Source of the DNA: Eledone cirrhosa
Lineage: Eukaryota
Length of the DNA stretch: 64,000 nucleotides
Reading direction: 5' to 3'
Assembly: GCA_964016885.1 (NCBI GenBank)
Contig: OZ024746.1
Span: 86,304,001-86,368,000 of the forward strand
Shown here piece by piece: positions 1-12,944 of this stretch. Position numbers and translations under genes: made by a program. The notes under the pieces are model-generated. The model was not told the origin of the DNA. It was given only the letters and a program-made list of their open reading frames with translations, and ran no database searches. The first letter of the stretch is position 1. Every line of letters starts with the position of its first letter.

Positions 1-194
1 AACCAACCAATATGTAGGCAACCTCAAATATTACTTCACTGATCAAACATATAACACCATCACCTCTAATTAGGCTATAAAATATGAAAAATCGATCACC
101 GCAAAATTTGCGCATTCTATCTTTTGGACATGACGGTCTCCAATGATTATTTAACCGATCATACATGCTACCGTGTGTCTATTATTGATCAAAA

Positions 195-426
195 TAGGGC
201 GGTGGATTGGCAGAATCGGTAGAGGGTCGGACGCCATGCTGTATAGCATAGAGTTACGGCCCTTTATGATCTGAGTTCAAATCCCGCCGAGGTTAACTGT
301 GCCTTTCATCCTTACGGAGTCGATAAAACAAAGTACCAGTCACGCACTGGCGTCGATTTAATCCACTTGATTTAATACACTTTCCCCTCTCCTGAAATTG
401 CTGGCCTTGTGCCTATATAAGAAACC
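195..426 (+). mobile_element. tRNA-derived SINE (family A, Nin/Deu-like central domain)
   Basis: A/B-box-like head (ggtggattggcagaatcggtagag...gagttcaaatcccgcc), core gcctttcatcc..gtcgataaaa, tail ctggccttgtgcc..agaaacc; 14-bp TSD attattgatcaaaa (181-194/427-440); many copies in window. Confidence 0.9.
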
Positions 427-441
427 ATTATTGATCAAAAG

Positions 442-598
442 TACTGTATTTCCCGGCCTGGAAGACGCTACATTTTTCAAAAATCTACCATGCGTCCTGG
501 AGGCCGAAGGTTGTTTATTATTCTTTTTCAAATTTTTGTTGTCAAGATTAGGGTGTGTCCTCGGGGACGAAGCGTCTTCTGCGCCGAGAAATACGGTA
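442..598. mobile_element. Tigger/pogo-like MITE
   Basis: TIRs tactgtatttcccggc..gaagacgc / gcgtcttc..gccgagaaatacggta with TA ends; second copy inverted at 61729-61901. Confidence 0.8.
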
Positions 599-709
599 TA
601 TCATTAACACCCCAGAAAATCATGGCTATGAGTAAGGATTTCTATTAACACATAAGTCTTAGATATGTTCATCTTCCAATTGTACAAGACATGGAGAGAG
701 GGTTAAAAT

Positions 710-988
710 CAAGGTCACATTTAATGGGGGGTAAAGGGGGTAATTGTCCCGGGCCTTGCAGTCGTAGCAATTTATTTGTACCCTTAGCTGGGCTTTTTAG
801 TTTTAGGATAGTTAGAAGTTTTGAATTTAATACCTGTATGTATAACTTTTCAATTCCAATAATTGTGCCAAGCTAACTTTGATATGTAAAATTGGGGGGT
901 TTGCTGTGTATTCTAATTATTTTGAGAATGAGGGGCTCCCTCAAACTTGAAGTGCTCCGGAACCCCCAAAGACTCAATCCAACCCTGA
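710..988. mobile_element. degenerate hAT-like MITE
   Basis: caaggtcacattt ... aatccaaccctga imperfect termini with GC-rich subterminal gggcc motifs. Confidence 0.4.
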
Positions 989-1565
989 TTAGAATTGATT
1001 ATTATTTGAAAAACATTTAGAAAATACAAACAAATATTCATTTCTAATTAAGGAGGAATTTGGGAGAAAAGCAAAGTTGATTAAATCAATCTCAATATTT
1101 GACTGGTACTTTATTTTATCGACCTCAGATGGCTGAAAGGTAAAGTTGACCCCGGTGGGATTTGAAATCAGGATGTAAAGTGTCAGAAGAGATACTGCAA
1201 TGATAGGAAGAAAAAAACATAACAACACAACAATTCACGGAATGAACAGTTAATTTGAGTAGAAACAATTGACAATAATGTATAAATTCAAGGTAGTTGA
1301 TATACTAGACAACTCTCAGGATGTTTACGATCGGTTTTCAAGGATCTATCTTATATGTATCATCTTTCTATAGTTCAAATGATACCATATTAACACAGGA
1401 ACCTTGACGAAAACTTTGCTTGTCTACCTGAACCTCCCCAAACTCACCAGACCTTTTCACGTGATTCTTAATATATAGGTCATGTGTGAACATTTCTAGC
1501 AGCTGATTCTTTTAACTAGAGCTCACATTAACAGGCATCTGCTCTGCTTCTGACATACTACCAAT

Positions 1566-1770
1566 AATTGTTTCTACCTTTGGCACAAGGCCAGTAATTT
1601 GAAAGGGGAGGGGAGTCGATTAAATTAACCCCAGTAAGTAACTGGTACTTTATTTAATCGACCCCGTAAGCTAACTTCGGCGGGATTTGAACTGAGAACG
1701 TAAAAGGCCGTAACTCTATGCTGTAAAGCATGTTGTCCGATGCTCTACCGATACAGTGAATCCACCGCCG
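1566..1770 (-). mobile_element. SINE family A
   Basis: Reverse-complement match to 195-426; a partial copy also lies at ~1100-1200. Confidence 0.85.
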
Positions 1771-2559
1771 TTGAATCAGTTGTAATGGCAACACTTCAAA
1801 ATTCATATTTCGCTAAAATGATATGCTTTTAAAAAATTCATTTTACGTATATTTACAAAAATATTTACCTCGTTTTGGGGCACTTTTTTTTCCATGGTAC
1901 TCCCCGTTTAGATTTTTAGAAGTTGGCAGGTCTGGTATTACACTCTTCCGAGACACTTTTCTTGTTATTCGCAGAAATACATCAAGTTGTTTCATTTCAT
2001 TTCATCAGTTACATCTTGCTTTATTACTCCATATTTCCATCAGCCCTATTTCTACAAACACGTAACGTTTTGAACCAGATTCAGTTTCTGTATCTAGCCG
2101 TGAGGACTGTGGAATTATGGTATTTTGATAATGTCCAAAATTTTTTTCTTTTTTCTTGAAAGAATTATTGAATTCCTCTTTGATGTTTTCTGACAATTCT
2201 AAAAAACGTGATGCGACATAGTGTCAAACTCAAGAGCAATATCATCAATGTGCGTGAAATAGCAATAATTAGAATTATTGTAGAAGGTAGCAACCCTGAA
2301 CTATCACCTTCAGTATAGCACATGCAGATCAAAATCATGTCTAATGTATTTAAGTATTTGTCCAATTAGAAATGCGTATGTAATATTGCTTGGCATCAAA
2401 TAAAAAAAAGACAGTTGACCAACAGATGATTACAAATACTAAAACAAAGAGCAGTAGAGCCACATGTTTTAGAGAATTCTTGGTTTTGCAGAATTCAGTA
2501 ATTCAACATTTGCATGCAATAATATATATAACAGTCAATCAACAAGATCCCAGACCTCA

Positions 2560-2785
2560 TTCGCTTAACAAGTGGAGTGGAGCTCTTCAAATCAGACCGA
2601 GGGAACAATGTTTCCATTGGTTTTTCCAATTGCTAATACTATCTGCTGGTCAAAAATCCAGACAGAAGAAATAATGTGTATTGCTCAAGGACATAACGCA
2701 TCGCCCGGTCCGAGAATCGAACTCACAACCTCACGATTGCAAATCCAAATCCAATTCTCTCACCACTCAGCTACGTGCCTTCACA
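2560..2785 (-). mobile_element. tRNA-derived SINE family B (CORE-like)
   Basis: gtgtattgctcaaggacataac..gagaatcgaactcac..ccactcagctacg; related copies at 10455-10660 and 33770-33970. Confidence 0.75.
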
Positions 2786-2873
2786 AAATATATTTAGAAT
2801 AAATATATTTGTAATTATTTGTTATTTGTGAGGAAAAAAAAGTGAAATTAAATAAACTAAACTTTACATGGTT

Positions 2874-3144
2874 TTAACCTGTTGGCTACCGCGTATATTT
2901 TACACACCTACAGTTGCTGTGCCCGGTTTTTTGTCAGTAAAATGAATATATTTTTAAACAACGTTTATTAACAACACATATCTGAATGATTGACAAACGT
3001 CACATCAATAAATTAGTAACCCCATCTAGCTTTGAAGTTATGAACTGTTGGAAACGAGTTCATAACTTTGAAGTTATGAACTGTTGGAAAAGTGTTCAAA
3101 AATGTTAGGACGAGTTATCTCGTCTACAGCACTGAAGAGGTTAA
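2874..3144. mobile_element. piggyBac-like MITE
   Basis: Bounded by ttaacctgtt ... aagaggttaa (TTAA ends); internal ~36-bp tandem duplication. Confidence 0.5.
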
Positions 3145-4939
3145 AGTGTCATTTCATTATTGTATAAAATGAGGATGATCACTATAACAATTCGGGAACA
3201 CTGAACGTTTACTTTGTACACTGCCTGTAACATAAATTAAATAGCTAATAGGCTTGTTCTCTATTACAAAAAGCATCAACAACGGTAATATAGACAATAA
3301 CATGTGAACGACTTGTATAAAAGCATTGAATAATTGCCATACATTGCCAGGTATAAACTCCATTTTATTTGAGATATTGATATTGTAGGAACTCGTTAAG
3401 AAATAACCCATTAAACAAAATTTTAATTTTCATAATTCCCATGATTAACAATCTAAGCATCAGTAATAAACTAGAATTACATCTAAACACAAGTTAAACT
3501 GTTTCGTTTCGTACGTTATGAGGTAAATCAATATTTCTATTAATCCCAGAGCCCATCATCCTTTCCCTTTCCTACCCTTCTGTGGCCCTAGAGTCCTTGC
3601 CTCCCCACCCACACTTTTCCTCTCATTTATGGCTTTTATAGTTCTTTCCTCTTTCCCACACAATCAGATCTTCCCTTCTTTACCCCTTCCCCATTTGTAA
3701 TGTTATTTATAAAGCTTATATAATTCTCGTGAACAAAAATGTTCAAGAGAGTTCATTATACATTTCAGCGTGTATATAGTCCATCCAGATAGAAACGTAA
3801 GCAAAGGACTAAGTGTACAAACTACATGGTCGTTGTATGAAAATACATTAGGTGCAAAAATAAATAGAAAGATTTTTAATGTAGCCGTTCATAGAGAAAA
3901 TAACTTTAGACGTGGATGGTGTTGATGGTGTTTCCATAAGGAGGCATTGAATGTAAGCACGAATTAAAAGGAAATCCGGTCTTACCAAAACAAATCACCC
4001 ACCACCAGATGTAAAAAAAAAAGATTATCTACTTCAAGCAATATAACAATATACAACAAGAATCGCATAGAATCAATCGCTTATTAATAATCATGAAGTA
4101 ATTTTATCTAAGTCGCAGACCTGCCAACCTCTAAAAACCCAAACGGGGAGGAACAAAATGTCTAACCGTATTTAATTTCAGCTCTTTCCGTTAAAATCCT
4201 AATCCTACCTTATGATGAAATAAAGTAACAATCAAGTATTTAGATCGATTTGATCGCCTATACCTTTCTTCAAATTTCTGGTTTTCTATCAATGTTAGAA
4301 ATCAATATTATACAGAAATAAATTGAAGCAATTCCCAGAACTAATTGCTTTCTCCGCTCTTGTGATTTCATTATATTTTTGTCTTAAAGGAATTTTCAAA
4401 GACATGAACATTGCACATTCTGTCATTTCTTGTCCTTCCCGCTTCCGTTTCAAATAAAGTAACATTGGGAATTTAGATGATGATGGTCATGATGTTGATG
4501 AGGAGTAGGAGGAGAGGGGAGGGGGTCAATTTTCCCATTCATCCTTCCGGATCGATAAAACAAAGTAGCGGTCAAATACTGGGGGTGATTTAAACAACTT
4601 TTTGCACTCAACTCAGAATTTGCTGGCTATGTGACTAAATTAGAAATCGATATCTAGTACCTTTACATGATGTTGGTGGATAAAGAAGAAGAAGAAGAAA
4701 AAGAAAGAGAAGAGGTTGATTTTGTTTGAAAAATAAGTTTTTGATCATTTGAGGGACGCTGACAAGTTTTTTGAAGTTAGTAGTTGACCCCTAAAGCGCA
4801 TTGGAGGGTAGATTGGCGTTTGCATAGTCAACAGTTATTATTGCAAGATATTTGTGAGACTGGAAAATGAGATGTTTCAGAAGCTAGGACTGCTAGAGGC
4901 AAAACCTCACTCTTACCCACCATTATTTATACTCTACTT

Positions 4940-5129
4940 GGGCAGTGGATTGGCAGTATCAGTAGAGGGTCGGACGCTATGCTTTGCAGCAAAGAGTTAC
5001 GGCCCTTTATGGTCTGATTTCAAATCCCGCTGAGGTTAACTTTGCCTTTCATCCTTACAGGGTCAATAAAATAAAGTACCAGTAATACACAGGGTAATTG
5101 CTGGCCTTGTGGCAAAAGTAGAAACAGTC
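4940..5129 (+). mobile_element. SINE family A
   Basis: Match to 195-426; TSD atttatactctactt on both sides. Confidence 0.85.
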
Positions 5130-5316
5130 ATTTATACTCTACTTTTTATCAGTGTTTCTTTTGACAAAAAAAAAAAAAAGAAAGGAAAAAGAGAAAAAGA
5201 AAACACGAATGATTGATGTTGTTTCTAATTTAGGCCGAAATCCATGTCTTTGGTTGTATCCTCATAAAAAAATGTAATGTATATGTATACCCTGGTTGAT
5301 GAAGACCTATGCTCAA

Positions 5317-5505
<189 letters not shown>

Positions 5506-6149
5506 TTAATAGATATATGTAGCTAAAATAAGAAATTAATAGAGCGACCGGCAGGGGTTAATGGTGGTTCTCAATAAATTGAATCTTTAACTTACTTTCA
5601 ATTTTCACTTCATTTCACTGAAGACCTTTTGAAATGCATGTAAAAAAAGCAATATCACTTTGTCGAAGGCTTCGCTTTTGGTTTCGCTTATGCTCTCTTC
5701 CCTGGAATATGCAACAGAAAGCATGAATCGATTAGACCGCAAAGAAGAATATGAGAGGCGAGGAAGGTCAAGAATCGAAACTACATCGTACACACGCATT
5801 TCAAGGAGTTTACCACAACTGATTAATGCGGGGGAACAAAAACAAAACAATTAATTAGAGTACGTGGGAAAATTTACAATCATTTTTATTTATATAAACA
5901 AGTGGTAAATTGGTGATTATGAGTTCATATATATGAATCAGTGTTCAGCTCTTGTTTACATATTAATTATACATTTAAGATAAAGAAAAAAATGCAAACA
6001 AACAATGGTTCACAAAAAGATATCCTGAAATAGATTCTCACTTTCAAGGATAAGACAGTGTGTATATTTACACCTGACAAACTTTATCTCTACTATCAGA
6101 GATCTGTTCGTAACATTCTGTCTTCTTTTTATCTATGATTAGAAACGTC

Positions 6150-6545
6150 GCAGTGGACTAACCCAGGTTCTGCTGCACGTCGGGCTGAGGAGGCCAAGCT
6201 ATCCAAGTACCGGTCGCTCTCCGACAGATTTGAGGTCGTGCTCTTGGCAATAGAGATTTCTAGTGTCCTTGGCCCTAGGGCTACCTCCCTACTCACCACC
6301 ATAGGCGCTGAGCTGGCCAGCCTCAGGTGTGAGCCTCGCGATTTGGCATGGCAGTTTCAGCGCATCTCCCTTACCATCCTCCTGAGAAACGCCTTCTCCA
6401 TTCTGTCCACTGGGGCTGTGGAGGGGGGTCAGCACGTTGGACCCCATTTGTTCACCATACAGACAGAGATCGGGGGAGGGCGAGAGAGATGAAGGCGATG
6501 ACAGTGGGAGTTCGGCTCTTCCACGTTCGGACCATAGCCTTGTAG
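6150..6545 (+). mobile_element. CRE-like non-LTR retrotransposon 3' fragment (restriction-like endonuclease end), family A
   Basis: PGSAARRAEEAKLSKYRSL..AIEISSVLGP..EPRDLAWQFQRISLTILLRNAFSIL; shares a 3' extension with 4 other copies. Confidence 0.8.
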
Positions 6546-6952
6546 TAGTGTTCATTATCTATAGAGTTAATTCTATTACGACTTATACTTGACTTTTAGG
6601 AAGATATAGATAGTCTAAAACGTTAGATATGTAACATGAGTAAGTTAGTGACAAGTCTCCGTCCGAATGTTACTTATCTTCTCTTGACTTCACTGCCATT
6701 AGACCTCAACACAAAAATACCTTGTATATTTTTCCTCTGGCGTTGTGACATTCGTTATTGTAGCTAAAAGCAGAAGATCTTGACCCATGAGTTATTACAC
6801 CTTGTAAGTATGGATCCGTAACTCCTGGAAGGAGATATAGTGACATACAACATGTCTTGGACATTTTAAATCTAGAGAAGCCCATCCGCTGGAGGGAGGA
6901 GTTGATAAATAGATCATGAGCTCTACATTCTACGATAAATCATAAGGGAGGG

Positions 6953-6990
<38 letters not shown>

Positions 6991-7000
6991 ACACACACAT

Positions 7001-7086
<86 letters not shown>

Positions 7087-7202
7087 TGAACACTGAAAAC
7101 AAAAGGTGAGGTTATGTGCTTAATTGCTATCTATCTAATCTATAAATAGATGGCTAGATGTTTTTCATATATATACATACATGCATATATATATATATAT
7201 AC

Positions 7203-7253
<51 letters not shown>

Positions 7254-7438
7254 TATATATATATGTATATATAATTAAGGAGGAAGTTATAGTTCACTTG
7301 AAGCATTGTGTAATGAGGTATAAACGTTTGTACATGTATAATAAAGCCAAAGCAATGCAGGTATGGACATAGAATAAAGAATGCAAATGCAAAAGATATT
7401 GTTGACAATTAGTCTTTTACCTTAGATTTATTTAAATG

Positions 7439-7477
7439 TCCTTAATTTTCGAGATAATATCTCTTCTTCGGAGGGAA
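7439..7477 (-). ncRNA. minimal hammerhead-like motif (CCGAAGA variant) in PLE pLTR
   Basis: cct CCGAAGA a gagat-atta-tctc GAAA A TTA agg; palindromic helix III AATT; U4 replaced by C. Confidence 0.5.
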
Positions 7478-8469
7478 GTAAAGCAGTTAAACCAGTGTTC
7501 TAAATAGCTTGCCAAGTCATGCTGACAGGAAATGGTATAGAGTATCTGTTCTATCTCTAATGTCAAAGAGTTAAGGTTAGGTGGATAAAGAGTAGTCTCC
7601 CTTTAAAAGGTTTTTTTTTTTTTTGTACATGCCTATTTAAGTGTGTGGGAGAATGCGTGAATGTGTAAGTATGTGTGTGAGTGTGAGAAGATATGTCTAT
7701 ACGTAAATGTGGGGGATAGATGTTCTCTCGTGTTAGAACTGGTCTTTGTGTGTGTATGTGTGTGTGTGTGAGAGAATAAGTGGTGTAAGCGTGTGTGTGT
7801 GTGTGTGTTTGTGCGTGCGTGTGTGTGTGCGTGTGTGTGGAAGAGGGTGTAAATACGGGGCTAGATGCTCTATCAAGTTATAAATTGGGTGTTGAGTTCT
7901 AGTCTATTATTGATTGGTGGTTGTGTTTTGTCTATAATTAGTGCTTCCTTAATTCTAAGATTGCCGAGGTTTCTTTCCTTAGTTTCTATCCTAACTGTGA
8001 TGGTTTTGTCGGTGTTTTTACATTTAACTAGGTGTTTCTTAAATGAGGAAGCGTTGTATTGAGGTGTTCTTTTATTCTTATGTGGAGTGGTCTGGTGGTG
8101 CTACCTACGTAGAAGTTGCTGCATTTGTCGCACTCTAGTCTCTATACGACGTAAGCCAGGTGGTATAGGTCTGTGTCGTTGATGGGGCAGTTGGCTAGCC
8201 TGCAGCAGTTGTCATGTCTGGTGGAGTGTCTTTTGGTTAGCTGTCCGCGTAGAGAAGGACCTGAGTGGGCCAGTTGGATATCTAGTCCCTCTCGTTTGAT
8301 AGCTCTGCGGATGGCTGTTGCTGTTTCGTCACTGAAGCGTGGGAGCTTTTTAAAGGGAGACTACTCTTTATCCAAACTCTTTGACATTAGAGATAGAACA
8401 GTTACTCTATACCATTTCCTGTCAGCATGACTTGGCAAGCTATTTAGAACACTGGTTTAACCGCTTTAC

Positions 8470-8508
8470 TTCCCTCCGAAGAAGAGATATTATCTCGAAA
8501 ATTAAGGA
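8470..8508 (+). ncRNA. minimal hammerhead-like motif (CCGAAGA variant) in inverted pLTR
   Basis: Same motif as 7439-7477 on the opposite strand. Confidence 0.5.
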
Positions 8509-8639
8509 TATTTAAATAAATCTAAGGTAAAAGACTAATTGTCAACAAACAATATCTTTTGCATTTGTATTCTTTATTCTATGTCCATACCTACATTGTT
8601 TTGGCTTTATTATACATATACAAACGTTTATATATATAA

Positions 8640-8820
8640 TTGTTTCTACTTTGGGCACAAGGCCAGAAAATTACCCAGTGTATTACTGGTACTTTATTTT
8701 ATCGACCTCGTAAGAATTAAAGGCAAAGTTAACCTCGGCGGGATTTGAACTCAGATCGTAAAGGGACCTAACTACGCTGGAAAGCATGTCTGACCCTCTA
8801 CCAATACTGCCAATTCACCG
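8640..8820 (-). mobile_element. SINE family A
   Basis: Reverse-complement match to family A. Confidence 0.85.
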
Positions 8821-8850
8821 GAGAGAGAGAGAGAGAGAGAGAGAGAGGGG

Positions 8851-8881
<31 letters not shown>

Positions 8882-8896
8882 GAGAATTATAAGTTT

Positions 8897-9147
8897 GAAG
8901 AACAGTCAGACAAAATATATCCAATTTTTCCTCTCCTTACTCCGCAGAAATTAACTAGATAAATAATCATTTAAACGAAGCTAAGTTTAAAATGTAACTT
9001 TGAAAAAATAAGAGATAAATGTCACAGACTATCCTCTGTGAGGAACAGTCAGATAAAATTTGCCGTCTTTCCTCTTAGCCCGTAACAATTAACTAGACAA
9101 ATAATCAATTAAACGCTAAGTCTAAAATGCAAGTTTGAAGAAGAAAA
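8897..9147. repeat. diverged ~140-bp tandem duplication
   Basis: gaacagtcaga..aattaactaga..aaataatca..ctaagt..aaaatg occurs twice. Confidence 0.6.
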
Positions 9148-9407
9148 TGTATATAAACGTTACCAAAGATTTTCTAATCCCGACTATCGTTAGTTTCGCT
9201 CGTACTTTGTGGATATATCCAATCCTGGTATTATAGACCTTGTCTCTATAAAGAGCTCAATGTACACGAAACATTATTGTACGTTTCTTAGAGCATAATA
9301 CTTAAATACACACACACATGCGTACATAGACAGGTATAAGCACGAATACATGAATTCATGCATACATGCATGAATACATACATACATGCATGAATACATA
9401 CATACAT

Positions 9408-9930
9408 TGATAACGTGCTCTGTTGTAGAAATAAGCTACCCACTTGATGTCAACGCTGTAAGAAAAATACAAGAGGAGGACATCTACGGATCATTGATGA
9501 GGAGTTTGCAGATCCAGTGTCCAAGATACACTTTCAGCTTCATACCCATCATTATTGGAACTACAGGTTATATACAAACCCGTTTGGACCAAAGTATAAC
9601 TGAACTTGGATTTGTGGACAAAGAGCGCAGCTCCCTAATTCATAGACTACAAATGGCTGTGATAGCTGGGACCATAAAAATGTGTAAAACATTCTTGCGA
9701 TTCAAGGGATGGCAATTTCTTTTCTTTTACAACCTTGCCGCCAGGAAGGTGGCGGGTTAAAAATGTACTCGAAATTAAGAGAAAGAGAAACATACATACA
9801 TGATGGCTGAAAACTGCTAAGAGTATTGCAATGGTTTGTCAGATTCAGTTGAGTGACTCGCGGATATGGCTTTTCAAGCCTGCTAGAGACTTGCACACCT
9901 TAGCACATTGACGGTAGCTATGGATCATAC
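9408..9930 (+). mobile_element. R4/Dong-like LINE 3' end (RLE C-terminus plus 3' UTR)
   Basis: CSVVEISYPLD..FIPIIIGTTGYI..LQMAVIAGTIKMCKTF; flanked by (CATA)/(CATT) repeats. Confidence 0.7.
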
Positions 9931-9954
9931 ATTCATTCATTCATATATACAATA

Positions 9955-10141
9955 ATTGTTTCTACTTTTGGCACAAGGCCAGCAATTATCCCAGTGTATT
10001 ACTGGTACTTTATTTTATCGATCACGTAAGGATGAAAGGCAAAATAAACCTCGGCGGAATTTGAACTCAGTTCATAAAGGGCCGTAACTCTATGCTGCAA
10101 CGCATAGCGTCCGACCCTCTACCGGTACTGCCAATCCACCG
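9955..10141 (-). mobile_element. SINE family A
   Basis: Reverse-complement match to family A. Confidence 0.85.
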
Positions 10142-10194
10142 TGGTAATAATGATGATATATGTGTAAATATTTGAACTCCGTCTATTCCGACGA

Positions 10195-10366
10195 CAGACC
10201 TGCCAACCTCTAAAAATCCAAACAAGTGGAAAAAAGTGCCCCAAAACGGGGAGAAATGAGGCAAAATGGGGAGATTTATACCCATTTTCACAAGAGAAGT
10301 CAACTCTCACCCACCCTAAAGGGGGTGGGAGATTTCCCCCTCGAACGAGGAGAGTTGAAAGGTCTC
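10195..10366. mobile_element. MITE with CAGACCTG(C/T)CAAC TIRs
   Basis: cagacctgccaac ... gttgaaaggtctc; flanks cgacga/cgacaa; copies at 60383, 61121, ~32437-32655, partials ~1870-1935 and ~4115. Confidence 0.8.
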
Positions 10367-10454
10367 CGACAAGAGTATTCTAGTTGCTCATCAACGGAAG
10401 TTTGCTCGTAAAATTAATGTGTAAGAGTATTTCCCAGATAGATATGTACACCCT

Positions 10455-10660
10455 TAGCGCAATTCTCAGGGAGATTTAGCGTTACACAGAAACAGGACTT
10501 GCCCCTTGAATAATAGGTACAACCCATCTTTTTTTCAGCTGAGGAGATCGGATCAACATGAAAGAGTCATACCCAATGACAAAACGCACCGTCGGGAATC
10601 GAATTCAAGATCTTATCACCTTGAGCCGAATATTAATTACTAAATCACACGCCTCCACAC
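10455..10660 (-). mobile_element. SINE family B
   Basis: caattctcagggagatttagcg..aggtacaac..gggaatcgaa; matches 33770-33970. Confidence 0.7.
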
Positions 10661-11671
10661 ATATATGCATACAGATAGATATACGTAAGCGCGCATCCCT
10701 TCCAAACATATACACACATGCATGCACACAGACAGACAGACAGACACACACATACACAGACATACAGACACATACTGTGTGTGTATGTGTATGTTCACTG
10801 TCTTAACTATGCAAACATTGTATGAATATCGTATATATTACATCCTGTAGAAGCATATTCATTGGCATGGTGGCTCTACATAAACCACCTCTCAGACTAA
10901 CGGTTATAAAAGAGTCGACATTTTATGCATAAACAAAACAATAATCGCATCCACTACCACACTCTTGGTTAGATAAAACATCCACTTATCAGGGGTTTTC
11001 TTCCCAACCATACAAAAATCGTTTTAACATGTCTGTTAGATAAGAACAAGTCGAGTCGAGTGGTTTGTGCAATGATATATAAGTGAAAACGATAGCCATA
11101 ATACATGGGAATTTCTTCAGCCATGTGTCAAGTATCCAGCATTTGAAATCATGTGATATTCTTGTATCAAGTATTCAGCATATGAAATCATGATATTCTA
11201 GAATTATCTGAGCTACTTGTATCCCGAATATTACATCAGCGGTAATAATATTTTCTAATTTACAGTTGAGTTAAGAGCTTAAATGATGTCATCTCAATGG
11301 AATTAGCTAATTGGAATTTGCATTCCTCACCTGACTGCCTCCAGTACTATTTAGAGCAGTACTGAATAGCGAATTATTGTTTTTCATTTTTTACAATATG
11401 ATAGAACGTGAAGTGCACGTGGAAGTATATATGCGCGTGGAATAGTGTTTTGCTTTTTTAATACTGTGTAGAAGTAAGTAAACTGGTCTGAGTGGTTTTT
11501 CATGTGATAGGATGGTTTTAATAGCTTTTGTTGAATCAATTATCTTCAAAAGGTTCTGCGCTAATGGATTTATTCAATTTAGATTTTAGTTTATCTAAAG
11601 TGCTACAACAAACGTTTTATACGCATTTTTTGCTTCCCTGGTGAATAAGACACACTTGGGCTCTCACATTT

Positions 11672-11736
11672 CATGCGTGTCAGACATTTTCGAACAAAGC
11701 ATTTCATGCTTTGTTCGAAAGTGTCTGACACGCATG
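11672..11736. repeat. 29-bp-arm hairpin
   Basis: catgcgtgtcagacattttcgaacaaagc-atttcat-gctttgttcgaaagtgtctgacacgcatg (1 mismatch). Confidence 0.9.
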
Positions 11737-11938
11737 GACGGTGGTCCATCGCTAATTAACCATATTAACACATATTTATACGCGCTACGATATCTAGTAT
11801 TAAACAATCCACAAATAAATGGAGCCGTAGGTACGCCACAGCTGTTAATTTAATAGGCAGATAATCTACTGGTGCCTGTCTCGTCTCTAGGTATTGTGAT
11901 CCCTTCGCTTCGTTGTGAACTCTTCCGTTTTATGACAT

Positions 11939-12420
11939 ACTAGCAGTGGTACCCGGCGTTGCACAGGATAAGGTATTTTGGAACGCGGGCCGCCAACAGA
12001 CCTAATCGTGGAAAAACTGCATGCCTGGACAATATGTAAAGAAAATAAACCGAATACTATGATTGCTGGATAATCTAAGATTTTCCTCGATGAAGCAGGA
12101 AAAATGCAGGTTTTCACCTAATGCGAGCCCTAGGGGATCAAGAAAATGAATTTTTTTTACGTGCATAATATGCCTTGAAATTTCGGGAAAATCGGCTACA
12201 CGTAACGCCTCAAAAAAGCCCTAAAAAGCTGAAAAAATGAAGTTTTTCACCTAATGCAGGCCCTAGGCAATAAAAAAAAGTTTGATTTTCTTTGCTCACG
12301 GTAAGAAGAAGAGACTGACTAATACATAGTTACAATTTCAAGAAAACGCCTAAAAAAAACCCCTAAAAAGCTGAAAAGACAGTTTTTCACCTAATGCGGA
12401 CTCTAGGGGATCATATAGAT
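11939..12420 (+). mobile_element. Helitron/HINE-like non-autonomous element
   Basis: 5' actagc..acccggcgttgc; three internal ~130-bp repeats (ttttcacctaatgc..ctaggg); ends atatagat. Confidence 0.6.
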
Positions 12421-12944
12421 AATATAAATCTTGTTAACTGCTCACAGACTCTACTTACCCAATAACTTGCGTGGGGATGGTTTAGTCGCTGACTGTCTGA
12501 TCCTAAAACAGGCTCTACTAGGTTACGTGGCACAAGTAGTAGGTACAATCTGGCATGACCATTTAGCAGACATCAATGGCTATTCAGTAGACATTAACTA
12601 ACAGGCAATATCTACTAGGCTGCATCCTTTACATACCCTTCAGAAAGCTAAATCAGTGAACTGTTTGCCTAGTCCACTCCTACTTTGCCTACACCCCAGG
12701 GAGTAAAATTTGAAACCCCACACTGACGAGTTCTCTAAAAACCTATAAAAAAAACAGTTAACCCTTTGAACGTAAACATTAATTTAATTTAAGTTAAATT
12801 ATTTAGAATTTGTAATATTAAAGATTTATCCTTTATTTTTCTACGTCCTGGCTTATGGAGTCCTGTGCTTAAGCACACCTAAGCACAGTGGTAAATCCAA
12901 CACTGCATATACATCATACCGATCACTTATATTATAGAATTGTA

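Larger units (their letters stand above)
7318..8632 (-). mobile_element. Penelope-like element: GIY-YIG 3' part plus pseudo-LTR, with inverted pLTR copy at the 5' junction
   Basis: Minus-strand translation ~7880-8230: CRLANCPIND..YVV*RLECDKCSNFYVGSTTRPLHIRIKEHLN..LRIKEALIIDKTQPPINNRLE; ~7318-7610 and ~8347-8632 are inverted repeats; both ends abut (TA)n. Confidence 0.9.

Noticed and set aside
195-290. tRNA genes
   Set aside because: These are tRNA-derived SINE heads, not complete cloverleafs.
1290-2400. Degenerate minus-strand coding-like sequence
   Set aside because: Multiple stops and frameshifts and no recognisable motif; cannot be assigned.
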